From an uncultured Conexibacteraceae bacterium (GTDB lineage Bacteria; Actinomycetota; Thermoleophilia; Solirubrobacterales; 70-9): DNA of 31,753 nt. The notes beneath the pieces were generated by a model. It was not told the origin of the DNA and ran no database searches. It worked only from the letters and a program-made list of their open reading frames with translations. Each line of letters starts with the position of its first letter. Within the stretch, counting starts at the first letter, position 1. The stretch is taken from assembly GCA_964591825.1 (NCBI GenBank), contig CAZQET010000376.1:1-31753 (forward strand), written 5' to 3'. This document shows, piece after piece, positions 14,389 through 24,162 of this stretch. The position numbers and the translations under genes are program-made.

Positions 14389-14826
14389 TCACTCCTCCGG
14401 TCCGAGTATTGCGTCGAGTATCTGGCCCGGGTCATCGATCTCGAATTTGCTCCGCAGACGCTCGGCGATCTCCTCCCGGCTGCTTCCCGAAACCGCCATC
14501 TGGGTTGCCAGCAGGCGAGCGCCGGCGGCACCGGAGCGAGGTCCGGCTGCGGGCAGCTCCACCTCGTGCTCGACCGCGCGCAGGTATGGCTCGCGCGGCG
14601 CCGGGCTGCCGGGGTCGAGCTCGTCGGCCAGGGCGCGCAGGCGCTCGGCGACGATCCGATCGGCGCGCTCGCTCGCTTCCGCCAGCTGCCTGCGGGCCTG
14701 CTCCTCGGCGTCGTCGATCACCTTCGCCGCCGCCTGCTCGGCGGCCTCGACGATCGCCGCCAGACGCTCGGCGGTGGCGCTGGTCAGCGCGCGCGGCTCC
14801 GATGGTCGCTTGCCGGACTTGCTCAT
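14389..14826 (-). CDS. Hypothetical coiled-coil protein (145 aa)
   Basis: ATG 14826 with AAGGA upstream; AAEQAAAKVIDDAEEQARRQLAEASERADRIVAERL helix plus a compact C-terminal domain. Confidence 0.75.
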   Translation of the reverse strand: MSKSGKRPSEPRALTSATAERLAAIVEAAEQAAAKVIDDAEEQARRQLAEASERADRIVAERLRALADELDPGSPAPREPYLRAVEHEVELPAAGPRSGAAGARLLATQMAVSGSSREEIAERLRSKFEIDDPGQILDAILGPEE

Positions 14827-14896
14827 TGCAGATTTCCTTCGCGCGCAAATCGCCACGGACTCGAATAACCGGTGATCAGCGTGTCGACTTGCGCGC

Positions 14897-16093
14897 TCAT
14901 TGCGGCGCGTAGCTTAGGAGCGCGGACTCGATCGTGGCAACGGCGCGATCGACCTGAGCGGAATCGACCGTCAGCGGCGGCAGCAGTCGCAGGGTGCCCG
15001 GCTCGGGCACGTTGACGATCAGGCCGCGCTCGAGCAGATCGCTACCGATTGCCGCCGCGTCGATGTGGTCCTCGAGCCCGACGCCAAGCATCAGGCCGCG
15101 ACCCCGTACCTCCCTGACCCCGTCGAGGGCAAGCAGTGCCTCGCGGAGCCGGGATCCGAGCTCGCGCACACCGCGCAGCAGGGCGGGATCGTCGACGATG
15201 CCCAGCACCGCCAGCGCGGCGGCCGAGGCAACCGGGCCACCGGCGAAGGTCGAGCCGTGATCGCCCGGCTCGAGCACCTCGCTTGCCGCCGGGGAGGCGA
15301 TGCAGGCGCCAATCGGCATGCCGCCGCCGAGGGCCTTGGCGCTGGTGATCACGTCGGGGCGCACCGGCGTCTGCTCGTAGGCCCAGAGCGAGCCCGTGCG
15401 CCCGACGCCGGTCTGGATCTCGTCGAGGATCAGCAGCGCCCCGGCAGCGTCGCAGGCCTCCCGCGCGGCGAGCAGGATGTCGTCCTCGAGCGGGTAGATC
15501 CCCGCCTCGCCCTGGATCGCCTCGATCAGGACGGCCGCCGTGCGCTCGCCCACCGCGGCGCGCAGGGCGCCGGCGTCGTTGAAGGGCACCGAGCGAAAGC
15601 CGGGCAGCATCGGGCCGAGGTCGGGATTGCCGGCGAGCGCCGGCGTGGCCGCGAGCGAGCCGTAGCTGCGGCCGTGGAAGTCGCGCTCGAAGCTGACGAT
15701 CTCGGGCAGCTCGATCCCGCGCCGGTGGGCGTGCTTGCGGGCGATCTTGATCGCGCACTCGTTGGCCTCGGTGCCGGAGTTGGCGAAAAAGACCCGGCCG
15801 CCAAGGCTGGACTCCGAGAGTCGCTCGGCGAGCCGCACCATCGGCTCGGTGTAGAAGAGGTTGGAGGTGTGCATGAGGCGGCCGGCCTGCTCGCGCACCG
15901 CCTCGACCACGGCCGGGTTGCAATGCCCCACCGAGCAGACCGAGATGCCGCCGAGGAAGTCGAGATACTCCCTTCCCTCGGCGTCCCAGAGCAGGGCCCC
16001 CTCGCCGCGCACGAACTCGACCGCGGCACGCTTGTAGGTGCGCATCAGGTAGCGCTCCTCGAGCGCCTGCAACTCGGTCAAGCTGACGCTCAC
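14897..16093 (-). CDS. argD: Acetylornithine aminotransferase
   Basis: YLDFLGGISV, FFANSGTEANE, FHGRSYG, LILDEIQTGVGRTG, SAKALGGGMPIG; position in the arg cluster. Confidence 0.95.
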   Translation of the reverse strand: MSVSLTELQALEERYLMRTYKRAAVEFVRGEGALLWDAEGREYLDFLGGISVCSVGHCNPAVVEAVREQAGRLMHTSNLFYTEPMVRLAERLSESSLGGRVFFANSGTEANECAIKIARKHAHRRGIELPEIVSFERDFHGRSYGSLAATPALAGNPDLGPMLPGFRSVPFNDAGALRAAVGERTAAVLIEAIQGEAGIYPLEDDILLAAREACDAAGALLILDEIQTGVGRTGSLWAYEQTPVRPDVITSAKALGGGMPIGACIASPAASEVLEPGDHGSTFAGGPVASAAALAVLGIVDDPALLRGVRELGSRLREALLALDGVREVRGRGLMLGVGLEDHIDAAAIGSDLLERGLIVNVPEPGTLRLLPPLTVDSAQVDRAVATIESALLSYAPQ

Positions 16094-16959
16094 GGCGTCA
16101 CCATCGTGCCGATCCCGGCGTCGGTGAAGAGCTCGACCAGGAGCGAGTGCGGGCGGCGGCCGTCGATAATGTGAGCGGCCCCGGCGCCACCGCGGATCGC
16201 GTCGGCGCAGGCCGTCAGCTTGGGCCGCATGCCGCCATCGATCGAGGACAGCTTGCCCTCGACCTCCTCGACCGTCGCCCGCGCGATCAGCGAGTCCGTG
16301 TCGCCGGGATCCGCCAGCCAGCCCTCGACGTCGGTGAGGAAGATCGCCTTGTGGGCCCCGAGCTCGGCGGCGACCTTGCCCGCCGCCTCATCGGCGTTGA
16401 CGTTGTAGGACTGGCCGTCGCGGTCCGACGCCGAGGAGGCGATCACCGGGATGTAGTCGGCGGCGATGTGGTTGAGCACGTCGACGTCGACCCGCTCGAT
16501 CGAGCCGACGAAGCCGACCTCGTCCGCGTTGGGCACGGGCGAGGCGCGAAAGAGCGTGCCGTCCTCGCCGGAAAGCCCCACGGCCGGTTGCCCGTGGGCG
16601 TTGAGGCGCTGGACTATTTCCGAGTTGAGCTTGCCGACCAGGACCATCCGCGCGACCTCGACCGTCTCCGCATCGGAGACCCGTAGCCCCTCGTGGAAGC
16701 GCACCTCGAGGCCGAGGCGATCCATGTACTGACTGATTTCGGGACCACCGCCGTGGACGACGATCGGGTTCATGCCGACGTACTTGAGCAGGACGACGTC
16801 GGTGGCAAACGCTTCGCGCAGCGCCTCTTCGCGCATCGCGGCGCCGCCGTACTTGATCACCACCGTCTGGCCATGGAACTGCTTGATGTAGGGCAGCGCC
16901 TCGAGCAGGGTCTCGACGTTCACCCCGGCTGCCCGCGACTGCGGCGCCTGCTCAGTCAT
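16090..16959 (-). CDS. argB: Acetylglutamate kinase
   Basis: VVIKYGGAAM, IVVHGGGPEI, YNVNADEAA, GGMRPKL; start re-called at ATG 16959. Confidence 0.96.
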   Translation of the reverse strand: MTEQAPQSRAAGVNVETLLEALPYIKQFHGQTVVIKYGGAAMREEALREAFATDVVLLKYVGMNPIVVHGGGPEISQYMDRLGLEVRFHEGLRVSDAETVEVARMVLVGKLNSEIVQRLNAHGQPAVGLSGEDGTLFRASPVPNADEVGFVGSIERVDVDVLNHIAADYIPVIASSASDRDGQSYNVNADEAAGKVAAELGAHKAIFLTDVEGWLADPGDTDSLIARATVEEVEGKLSSIDGGMRPKLTACADAIRGGAGAAHIIDGRRPHSLLVELFTDAGIGTMVTP

Positions 16960-16975
16960 CTCTGGGCCCCCTCGC

Positions 16976-18166
16976 TCATGTCGTGTACTCGGCGTTGATC
17001 CGCACGTACTCATAGCCCAGATCGGAGAACCAGACATGGGCGCTGTGCTCGCCGCGCTCGAGCCGCAGCCCGATCTCTGCCTCCGGCAGGTCGGCGGCCA
17101 ACTCGGCGTTGTCGATCGAATCGCCGCCGATCTCCTCCAGGTCCTCGCCGGCAAGAGCCTGTCCAGCCGCCTGGGCGATCCGCCCCCAGTTCTGGTCGCG
17201 ACCGAAGAGCGCCGTCTTCACCAGGGGTGAGTTGGCGATCGCGCGGGCGACCCGCTCGGCCTCGGCGGCCGATGCGGCGCCGTCGACCTGCACGCGGCCG
17301 ACCCGGCTGGCGCCCTCGCCGTCGGCGACGACCTCGAGCGCGAGCTGCAGCAGCACCGCGTCGAGCAGCCCGTCGGGCAGCGGCGCCCCGCTGGCGCCGG
17401 TCGCCTGCAGCACCAGGGTGTCGTTGGTGCTCATCTGGCCGTCCACAGTGATCCGCTCGAAGGAGGCGTCGCAGGCGATCCGCAGCGCGGCGCCGGGGTC
17501 CTCGACCACGGCGTCGGTCTGCACGAAGCAGAGCATCGTCGCCATGTTCGGCTGGATCATGCCGCCGCCCTTGGCCTGGGCCGAGATGGTCACGCCGCCG
17601 GCGCGCAGGGTGCAGCGCTTGGGCCAGCGGTCGGTGGTGAGGATCGCGTCGGAGAAAGCGGCGCCGCCCGCGGGCGTGAGCGTCGCCGCCGCCTCACCGA
17701 TGCCACCCAGCACAGCGTCGATCGGCAAGGGCACGCCGATCACGCCCGTCTCGGCGACTGCGACCTGCTCGGCGCGCAGACCGAGCTGCGCCGCCGCCTC
17801 AGCGCACATCGCAACCGCGTCGGCGTAGCCCTGCTCGCCGGTCTCCGCATTGGCGTTGCCGGCGTTGACGACGACGGCGCGGATGCCGCCGCGCTCGCAA
17901 CGATCGCGGCAGACGCGCACCGGCGCCGCCGAGGAAGCGTTGCGGGTGAGCAGCAGCGCCGAGGAGACCCGCTCCGCGTCGCAGACGAGCAGGCCGACGT
18001 CGGTCTTGCCGCCTCCCTTCAGTCCGCAGTGCGCGGCGCCGGCCCGGAAGCCCGGCGCGAGCTGAGCGGGATCCAGCTCCTCCACCCCGCTCGGCGGCTC
18101 GACCCAGCGCGACCTGAAAAATCCGTCCTGCCTGTTGTGCGTCGCGTCGGCGGGCAGCGGAATCAC
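16976..18166 (-). CDS. argJ: Ornithine acetyltransferase / N-acetylglutamate synthase
   Basis: VVVNAGNANAETG, AKGGGMIQPNMATML, ITVDGQMSTNDT, SPLVKTALFG, YVRINAEYTT; GTG 18166 overlaps the argC stop (GTGA). Confidence 0.96.
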   Translation of the reverse strand: MIPLPADATHNRQDGFFRSRWVEPPSGVEELDPAQLAPGFRAGAAHCGLKGGGKTDVGLLVCDAERVSSALLLTRNASSAAPVRVCRDRCERGGIRAVVVNAGNANAETGEQGYADAVAMCAEAAAQLGLRAEQVAVAETGVIGVPLPIDAVLGGIGEAAATLTPAGGAAFSDAILTTDRWPKRCTLRAGGVTISAQAKGGGMIQPNMATMLCFVQTDAVVEDPGAALRIACDASFERITVDGQMSTNDTLVLQATGASGAPLPDGLLDAVLLQLALEVVADGEGASRVGRVQVDGAASAAEAERVARAIANSPLVKTALFGRDQNWGRIAQAAGQALAGEDLEEIGGDSIDNAELAADLPEAEIGLRLERGEHSAHVWFSDLGYEYVRINAEYTT

Positions 18167-19194
18167 GACAACCCCTCCGTCTCGTCCAGGCCAAGCATCA
18201 GGTTGAGGTTCTGCACGCCCTGGCCGGAGGCGCCCTTCCAGATGTTGTCGATCGCGGCGAAGGCCATCACCCTGCCCCGCTCCTCGACGGTCACGTAGAG
18301 GTGGCACTCGTTCGTCTCGCGCACGGCGCGCAGGTCTGGTGGGCGATCCAGCACGCGAACGAAGGGCTCACCCTCGAAGCGCTGCCGGTATAGGGCCTGC
18401 GCCTCCTGCTTGGAGATCGGCTCGCTGAGCTGCGCGAAGCAGGTCGCCAGCTCGCCCTGATCGAGCGGCAGCAGGTGGGGAACGAGGACGACCGGCGCGG
18501 GACTACCGAGCGCCGCCAGCTCCTGTTCGATCTCGGGCCGATGGCGATGGCCCTCGGTCTTGTAGGGGAAGGCGTTCTCGGTCATCGCGCTGAAGTGGAC
18601 GATGTCGTCGCTGCTGCGCCCGTACCCCGAGGTGCCCTGCATCGCGGCGATGAAGACCTCGGTGAGCAGGCCGCGCTCGGCGAGCGGCGCCAGGGCGAGC
18701 AGGCTGGCGGTCGGGTAGCAGCCCGGCGTCGCCACCAGCTCCGCCTCGCGCAACTGCTCGCGGTAGAGCTCGGTCAGGCCGTACACGGCGCCCTCGAGCA
18801 ACTCCAGCGCTCCGTGCTCTCCGTACCAGCGCTCGTAGGTGGGCAGGTCGCGCAGGCGGAAGTCGGCGGAGAGATCGACGACCAGCGCGCCGAGCCCGCG
18901 CAGGGCGGCAACGGTCGGCGCCGAGGCGCCGTGCGGATAGGCGACGATCGCCGCGTCGATCTCCTCGATCTGGTCGAGGTCGAGCTCGGTCAGCTCCAGC
19001 GGTACCCGGTGGCGGGGGTAGAGGCTTTCGAGCGTGCGCCCCGCGTCGCTGCGCGAGGTGGCGGCGACCAGCTCCAGCCTCGGGTGGCGCCAGACGATCT
19101 GCGCGGCCAGAGCGCCGGTGAAGCCCGAGGCGCCAGCGACCAGCACCCGCGCCGCCGGGTCGCCGTCGAGCGGTTGTCGGAGCTGCTCAGCCAC
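18163..19194 (-). CDS. argC: N-acetyl-gamma-glutamyl-phosphate reductase
   Basis: VLVAGASGFTG, DLSADFRL, VATPGCYPTA, IDNIWKGASGQGVQNLNLMLG; GTG 19194 overlaps the pheT end. Confidence 0.96.
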   Translation of the reverse strand: MAEQLRQPLDGDPAARVLVAGASGFTGALAAQIVWRHPRLELVAATSRSDAGRTLESLYPRHRVPLELTELDLDQIEEIDAAIVAYPHGASAPTVAALRGLGALVVDLSADFRLRDLPTYERWYGEHGALELLEGAVYGLTELYREQLREAELVATPGCYPTASLLALAPLAERGLLTEVFIAAMQGTSGYGRSSDDIVHFSAMTENAFPYKTEGHRHRPEIEQELAALGSPAPVVLVPHLLPLDQGELATCFAQLSEPISKQEAQALYRQRFEGEPFVRVLDRPPDLRAVRETNECHLYVTVEERGRVMAFAAIDNIWKGASGQGVQNLNLMLGLDETEGLS

Positions 19195-21628
19195 GCAGCT
19201 GACCTCCGATCTCGGCCAGGGATCCTTCGATCGCGGTCCGCCGCGCGGCGACCTCTTCATCGGTGAGCGTGCGGTCGGGGGCTCGGAACTCGAGCCTCAG
19301 GGCAACGCTCTTGCGCCCCTCGCCGAGCTGCTCACCGGCATAGAGGTCGAAGACCTCAGCCGAGCGCAGCAGCTCGCCGCCACCGAGCAGGACGAGGCGG
19401 CGCACCTCGGCCGCTGCCACGCCCTCGGGCACGACCACTGCGAGATCCTGGTGCACGGCTGGGAAGGTGATCACGTCCTCGTAGATCTCCTCGCCCGCCC
19501 GCGCCGCGGCCACGAGCGTGGCGAGCTCGACTTCGAACCCGACCGCTGCCTCGATGTCCCAGGCGCGGGCGACGAGCGGATGCAGCTCGCCGATCCAGCC
19601 AGCCCCCTCTTCGCCGACGAGAACGGTGGCAGCGCGTCCGGGATGCAGAAAGGGCTGGCCGCCCGGCTCGAAGCCGAGCGAGATGCCGAGCTGCCCAGCG
19701 AGCCCTTCGAGCGCTCCCTTCAGGGAGAAGAAGTCAGCCGTCACGCCGTCGTCCCGCCACGAGCCGGGCACCAGCGACCCGGCCGCCAGGCAGCCGATCC
19801 GGTGCGGCTCGTGGTCGGGCGCCGGCCGCTCGCCGGGAAAGGCCTCCGTCTGCGGGCCGCCCAGGTAGACGCGGCCCGACTCGAAGAGCGAGACCGCGGC
19901 GGCACCCCGGGCGAGATTGCGCTGGGCCACGTCCAGAAGGGATCCGAGCACGGTGGTCCGCATCATCGACTGCTCTTCGGAGAGCGGGTTGGAGAGCGCG
20001 ACCGGCTTCGCCCTCGGATCGTCTGGCGGGATCCGCAAGCGCCCGGCCTCTCCAGGGTCGGTGAAGCTCCAGCCGACGACCTCGTCGAAGCCGAGGTCCC
20101 GCATCGTGTCCTCGGCGCGGCGACGCAGCCGCTGCTCGCGACTGAGGCCGCCGATCCGACCGGCCACGGCGGGCAGGGTGCTGGGCAGGTTCTCGTCGAG
20201 CCCGTGCACCCGGCCGACCTCCTCGATCAGGTCGACCTCGCGGGTGACGTCGTGGTAGCGGTCGGGGGGCACGGTGACGTTGAGGTCGTCTCCGCTCTCG
20301 GCGACCCCGAAGCCGAGCCGCTCCAGGTAGATCCTCTGCTCCGCCTGAGCGATCGGCATGCCGAGCAGCCCCTCGACCCGCGCGGCGCGCAGGTCGATCG
20401 TCGGCATCGCCGGGATCTCGGCGGCGACGTCGATCGTCCCCGGCACCAGCTTCGCTCCGCAGAGCTCGACCATCAGCCTCGAGGCAATCCGCTGCACCCG
20501 CATGCAGAGCTCGGGGTGCAGCTGCTTCTCGAAGCGCGAGGAGGCCTCCGAGCGCAGCGAGAGCAGGCGCGAGGTGCGCAGGATGTTGGTCCCCTTCCAG
20601 TTGGCGACCTCGAGCAGCACGCTGGTCGTCTCGCCGGAGACCTCGGAGACCTGGCCGCCCATGATCCCGGCGATCCCCGAGGGGCCGTCGCGATCGCAGA
20701 CCAGCACCGTCTCGGCGTCGAAGCTGCGCTCGACATCGTCGAGCGTGGTCATCTTCTCGCCGTCGGTAGCGGTCCGCACCGTCAGCGCCCCGTCGGGCAC
20801 CCTGTCGAGGTCGAAGGCGTGCAGGGGCTGGGCCGTGAGCAGCATCACGTAGTTGGTGATGTCGACGACGTTGTTGATCGGCCGCTGCCCGGCGGCAGCG
20901 AGTCGCGACTGCAGCCAGATCGGCGAGGGCGCGATCGTGACGTCGGTGAAAGCGCGGGCGGTGAAGCGCGGACAGAGCTCTGACACCTCGACCGCCACCG
21001 AGGCGTAGTCGCCGACCTCGCCCTCGCCTTCGGCGGGAGCATCCTCGAGCCAGGGCTCCTGCGCCAGCGCCGCGCCGCTGACGGCGTGGACCTCGCGGGC
21101 GACGCCGTAGACGCCAAGGCAATCGACCCGGTTGGGGGTGACCTCGAGCTCGAGTACTGGCTCGGAGAGCGGCAGCACTTCGTCGAGCGGCGTGCCCGGT
21201 CGCAGCCCGTCCTGCTCGAGGACCATGATGCCGTCGGGACTCTCGCCGAGCCCGAGCTCCGCGGCCGAGCAGATCATCCCCGCCGAGCGGACGCCGCGCA
21301 GCTTCGCTTCGCCGATCTTCTGCCCACCCGGCATGGTCGCCCCCGGCAACGCGACCGCAACCGTCTGACCGGCGGCGACGTTGGGGGCGCCGCAGACGAC
21401 GGTGCGCTCGCCGTCTCCGGTGTCGAGCTGGCAGACGCGCAGCCGGTCGGCGCCAGGGTGCTTCTCGGCGCTCAGCACCCTGCCGATCACGAAGCCCTCG
21501 GGTGAGGGCGGGCCGACGGCGCCGATCCGCTCGACCTCGGTGCCGGTCATCGCCAACCGCTCGGCCAGCTGCTCCGGGTCGACGCCGGGGTCGCAGTACT
21601 CGCGCAGCCAGGAGTAGGGAACCCTCAT
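19187..21628 (-). CDS. pheT: Phenylalanine--tRNA ligase beta subunit
   Basis: MRVPYSWLREY, LEVTPNRVDCLGVYGVARE, INNVVDITNYVML, RSAEVFDLYAG..RKSVALRLEFR. Confidence 0.98.
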   Translation of the reverse strand: MRVPYSWLREYCDPGVDPEQLAERLAMTGTEVERIGAVGPPSPEGFVIGRVLSAEKHPGADRLRVCQLDTGDGERTVVCGAPNVAAGQTVAVALPGATMPGGQKIGEAKLRGVRSAGMICSAAELGLGESPDGIMVLEQDGLRPGTPLDEVLPLSEPVLELEVTPNRVDCLGVYGVAREVHAVSGAALAQEPWLEDAPAEGEGEVGDYASVAVEVSELCPRFTARAFTDVTIAPSPIWLQSRLAAAGQRPINNVVDITNYVMLLTAQPLHAFDLDRVPDGALTVRTATDGEKMTTLDDVERSFDAETVLVCDRDGPSGIAGIMGGQVSEVSGETTSVLLEVANWKGTNILRTSRLLSLRSEASSRFEKQLHPELCMRVQRIASRLMVELCGAKLVPGTIDVAAEIPAMPTIDLRAARVEGLLGMPIAQAEQRIYLERLGFGVAESGDDLNVTVPPDRYHDVTREVDLIEEVGRVHGLDENLPSTLPAVAGRIGGLSREQRLRRRAEDTMRDLGFDEVVGWSFTDPGEAGRLRIPPDDPRAKPVALSNPLSEEQSMMRTTVLGSLLDVAQRNLARGAAAVSLFESGRVYLGGPQTEAFPGERPAPDHEPHRIGCLAAGSLVPGSWRDDGVTADFFSLKGALEGLAGQLGISLGFEPGGQPFLHPGRAATVLVGEEGAGWIGELHPLVARAWDIEAAVGFEVELATLVAAARAGEEIYEDVITFPAVHQDLAVVVPEGVAAAEVRRLVLLGGGELLRSAEVFDLYAGEQLGEGRKSVALRLEFRAPDRTLTDEEVAARRTAIEGSLAEIGGQLRG

Positions 21629-22683
21629 GAGAACTGCTCCAGCACGCGCACGTCGTTGTCGAAGAAGCGGCGCAGATCTGGGACGCCATGGCGCAGCATC
21701 GCGATCCGCTCCACGCCCATGCCGAAGGCGAAGCCCTGCACTCGCTCAGGGTCATAGCCATTGGACTCGACGAAGCCGAGCACGTTGGGGTCGACCATGC
21801 CGGCGCCGCCGACCTCGATCCAGCCGATTCCCTTGCAGAGGTTGCAGCGCTCCCCGTCGGTCAGGGCGCCGCTGCCCTCGCACTGGAAGCAGGAGACGTC
21901 GAACTCGACGCTGGGCTCGGTGAAGGGGAAGAAGTGCGGTCGCATGCGCGCTTCGCGACCCGGGCCGAAGATCGCGCTGAGCATCTCGGTCAGCGTTCCC
22001 TGCAGGTCGGCGAGCGTGATCCCCTCGCCAATCGCCAGCCCCTCCACCTGGTGGAACATCGGGCTGTGGGTCGCGTCGGAGTCGCGCCTGTAGACCTTGC
22101 CGGGGGCGATCATGAAGATCGGCGGCGGCTGTGCCTCCATGCTGCGCACCTGCACCGGCGAGGTGTGCGTGCGCAGCAGCACCTCGGGGTCGGATTGCAG
22201 GTAGAAGGTGTCCTGGAGCATCCGCGCCGGGTGGCCCGGCGGGTGGTTCAGGGCGGTGAAGTTGTAGTAGTCATGCTCGACCTCGGGGCCCTCCATCACC
22301 CGGTAGCCGAGGCCGATCATCACATCCTCGATCTGGCGCGTCGTGCGGGTGATCAGGTGGAGGTGGCCGACCGGACGCGGCGGCGCACCCGGCAGGGTGA
22401 CGTCGATGCGATCGGCGGCCAGCTCCGCCTCCAGCTCGCTCGCATCGAGCGTCGCGCCGCGCTCCTCGATCAGCTCTTCCAGCTCCTTGCGGGCCCGATT
22501 GGCCGTCGAGCCGACGGGCCCCCGCTCCTCGGCCGGCAGCTCCGCGATCCCGCGCAGGATCCCGGTCAGCTCGGCCTTGCGGCCGAGGTAGCGCACGCGC
22601 AGCCCCTCCACGGCAGCGGAGTCCGGTGCGGCGGAGACCGCGACAGCGGCCTCACCCTTGATCTCCTCGATCCGATCAAGCAT
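21625..22683 (-). CDS. pheS: Phenylalanine--tRNA ligase alpha subunit
   Basis: LLRTHTSPVQVR, YRRDSDATHSPMFHQVEG, FFPFTEPS, GFAFGMGVER; start re-called at ATG 22683. Confidence 0.98.
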   Translation of the reverse strand: MLDRIEEIKGEAAVAVSAAPDSAAVEGLRVRYLGRKAELTGILRGIAELPAEERGPVGSTANRARKELEELIEERGATLDASELEAELAADRIDVTLPGAPPRPVGHLHLITRTTRQIEDVMIGLGYRVMEGPEVEHDYYNFTALNHPPGHPARMLQDTFYLQSDPEVLLRTHTSPVQVRSMEAQPPPIFMIAPGKVYRRDSDATHSPMFHQVEGLAIGEGITLADLQGTLTEMLSAIFGPGREARMRPHFFPFTEPSVEFDVSCFQCEGSGALTDGERCNLCKGIGWIEVGGAGMVDPNVLGFVESNGYDPERVQGFAFGMGVERIAMLRHGVPDLRRFFDNDVRVLEQFS

Positions 22684-23395
22684 CTGGCCCGGCCTCCGGC
22701 ATGGCGAGCGACGATATCTTCTCCGCGCAAATTGCGGCCACGGCCGCGACGTTGAGCGACTCGGCACCCCCCGGGCGCAGCGGGATCGTCACCCGAGCGT
22801 CGCACTCGGCGAGCACCTCATCGGGCAGGCCCTCGCGCTCGGCGCCCAGGCAGATCGTCGCGGCGCCGTCGAGCGCGTCCGTGCCCGCTCCGCCGTGGGC
22901 CACCAGAGCGACGCGCGGCTTCGGGGTCTCGTCGACGCCGGCGCGCATCGGCGACTGAGCGAAGATCGAGCCCATGCTGGCCCGCACCGCCTTGGGCGAG
23001 AAGGGATCGGCGCAGCCCGGGCCGAGCACGACCGTCCCGCCCAGCAGCGCGTGTGCCGTGCGCACGATCGCCCCGACGTTGCCGGGATCGGCGAGGCCGT
23101 GCAGATACAGGCTGGGAGTCTCGACCGCCTCGCTCCCCCGCTGCGGCCAGACCGCGATCGCCCGCGTCCCCGAGCCCAGCGCCGATACGGAAGCGAGCAG
23201 TTGGGGGGCGACCTCCTCGCCCTGCAGGCCGGATCCGGCCGCGACCAGGACGAAGCGCGGCTCAACGCCGGCGGCCAGTCCCGCCGCGAGCAGGTCCTCG
23301 CCCTCGCTGAGGAAGAGCTCCTCGCGCTGGCGGTGCTTGCGCTCGTGCAGCTTGCGCACCAGCTTCAGCTTCTCGTTGTGGGGACTCTCGATCAT
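22676..23395 (-). CDS. TrmH/SpoU-family RNA methyltransferase
   Basis: LADPGNVGAIVRTA, KAVRASMGS, LGAEREGL, AESLNVAAVAAI; canonical position between rplT and pheS. Confidence 0.93.
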   Translation of the reverse strand: MIESPHNEKLKLVRKLHERKHRQREELFLSEGEDLLAAGLAAGVEPRFVLVAAGSGLQGEEVAPQLLASVSALGSGTRAIAVWPQRGSEAVETPSLYLHGLADPGNVGAIVRTAHALLGGTVVLGPGCADPFSPKAVRASMGSIFAQSPMRAGVDETPKPRVALVAHGGAGTDALDGAATICLGAEREGLPDEVLAECDARVTIPLRPGGAESLNVAAVAAICAEKISSLAMPEAGPDA

Positions 23396-23460
23396 CTCGT
23401 TTCTCTTCGGTAGCTCGGCTGGGTTCTTCTGGTCGGCGGTTTCTTCTCCTGGAACGAGAA

Positions 23461-23482
23461 CGGGCCGCCAATTGGCGGCCCG
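23461..23482 (-). terminator. Probable terminator downstream of rplT
   Basis: Perfect 22-bp palindrome CGGGCCGCCAATTGGCGGCCCG followed on the minus strand by TTCTCGTT. Confidence 0.6.
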
Positions 23483-23509
23483 CCCGGGAAAGTGGAATGT
23501 CGGCTGCGA

Positions 23510-23869
23510 CTAGGCGGCCGCACCCTCCCGGGCAAGCTCCACGAATCGGCGGAAGGCATCGCGGTCGTTGACCGCGATGTCGGCGAGCATCTTGCGGTTC
23601 ACCTCGACCCCGGCCTCACCGAGGCCGTGGATCAGCTCGGAGTAGCTCATGCCCTCCAGCCGCGCGGCGGCGTTGATGCGGGTGATCCAGAGTCGGCGGA
23701 ACTCGCGCTTGCGGTTGCGCCGGTCGCGGTAGGCGTACATCCCCGAGCGCTGCACCTGCTCTTTGGCGAAGCGGTAGGAGGAGTGCTTGCGGCCGTAATA
23801 GCCCTTCGCTTCCTTGAGGACTTTGCGCCGCTTCTTGCGCGCGTGTACGGAGCGCTTGACGCGGCTCAC
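23510..23869 (-). CDS. rplT: 50S ribosomal protein L20
   Basis: [26 protein letters not shown]...[18 protein letters not shown]. Confidence 0.99.
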   Translation of the reverse strand: MSRVKRSVHARKKRRKVLKEAKGYYGRKHSSYRFAKEQVQRSGMYAYRDRRNRKREFRRLWITRINAAARLEGMSYSELIHGLGEAGVEVNRKMLADIAVNDRDAFRRFVELAREGAAA

Positions 23870-24066
23870 TTCGTGCCTCCGAGCAGCGTCCGAACCGTCT
23901 TCACGTCGGACGGCGCGATCTCCACCGGCCGCGCCATGCGCCGCTTGCGCTTCGGCGACTTCTTCTCGAGGATGTGGCTCGAGTAGGCCCGCCGGCCGCG
24001 AAGCTTGCCGGTGGCGGTCTTGCGGAAGCGCTTCTTGGCGCCCGAGTGTGTCTTCATCTTCGGCAC
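23866..24066 (-). CDS. rpmI: 50S ribosomal protein L35
   Basis: (M)[20 protein letters not shown]...[13 protein letters not shown] is the last 66 codons of track ORF 23866..24915; its stop overlaps the rplT start. Confidence 0.98.
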   Translation of the reverse strand: MPKMKTHSGAKKRFRKTATGKLRGRRAYSSHILEKKSPKRKRRMARPVEIAPSDVKTVRTLLGGTK

Positions 24067-24162
24067 GGGCTCGCTATTGAAGCAGACGGAACCCGTTCGG
24101 CGCACGAGCGCCCCTGTCTGACGCGTCCTTGTCTGACAGACAGCGCGGGTACTGTGGCGCGA

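Noticed and set aside
21825-21900. CxxC...CxxC segment in PheS
   Set aside because: A Zn-ribbon-like insert here is well known in Gram-positive PheS; only slightly longer than usual.
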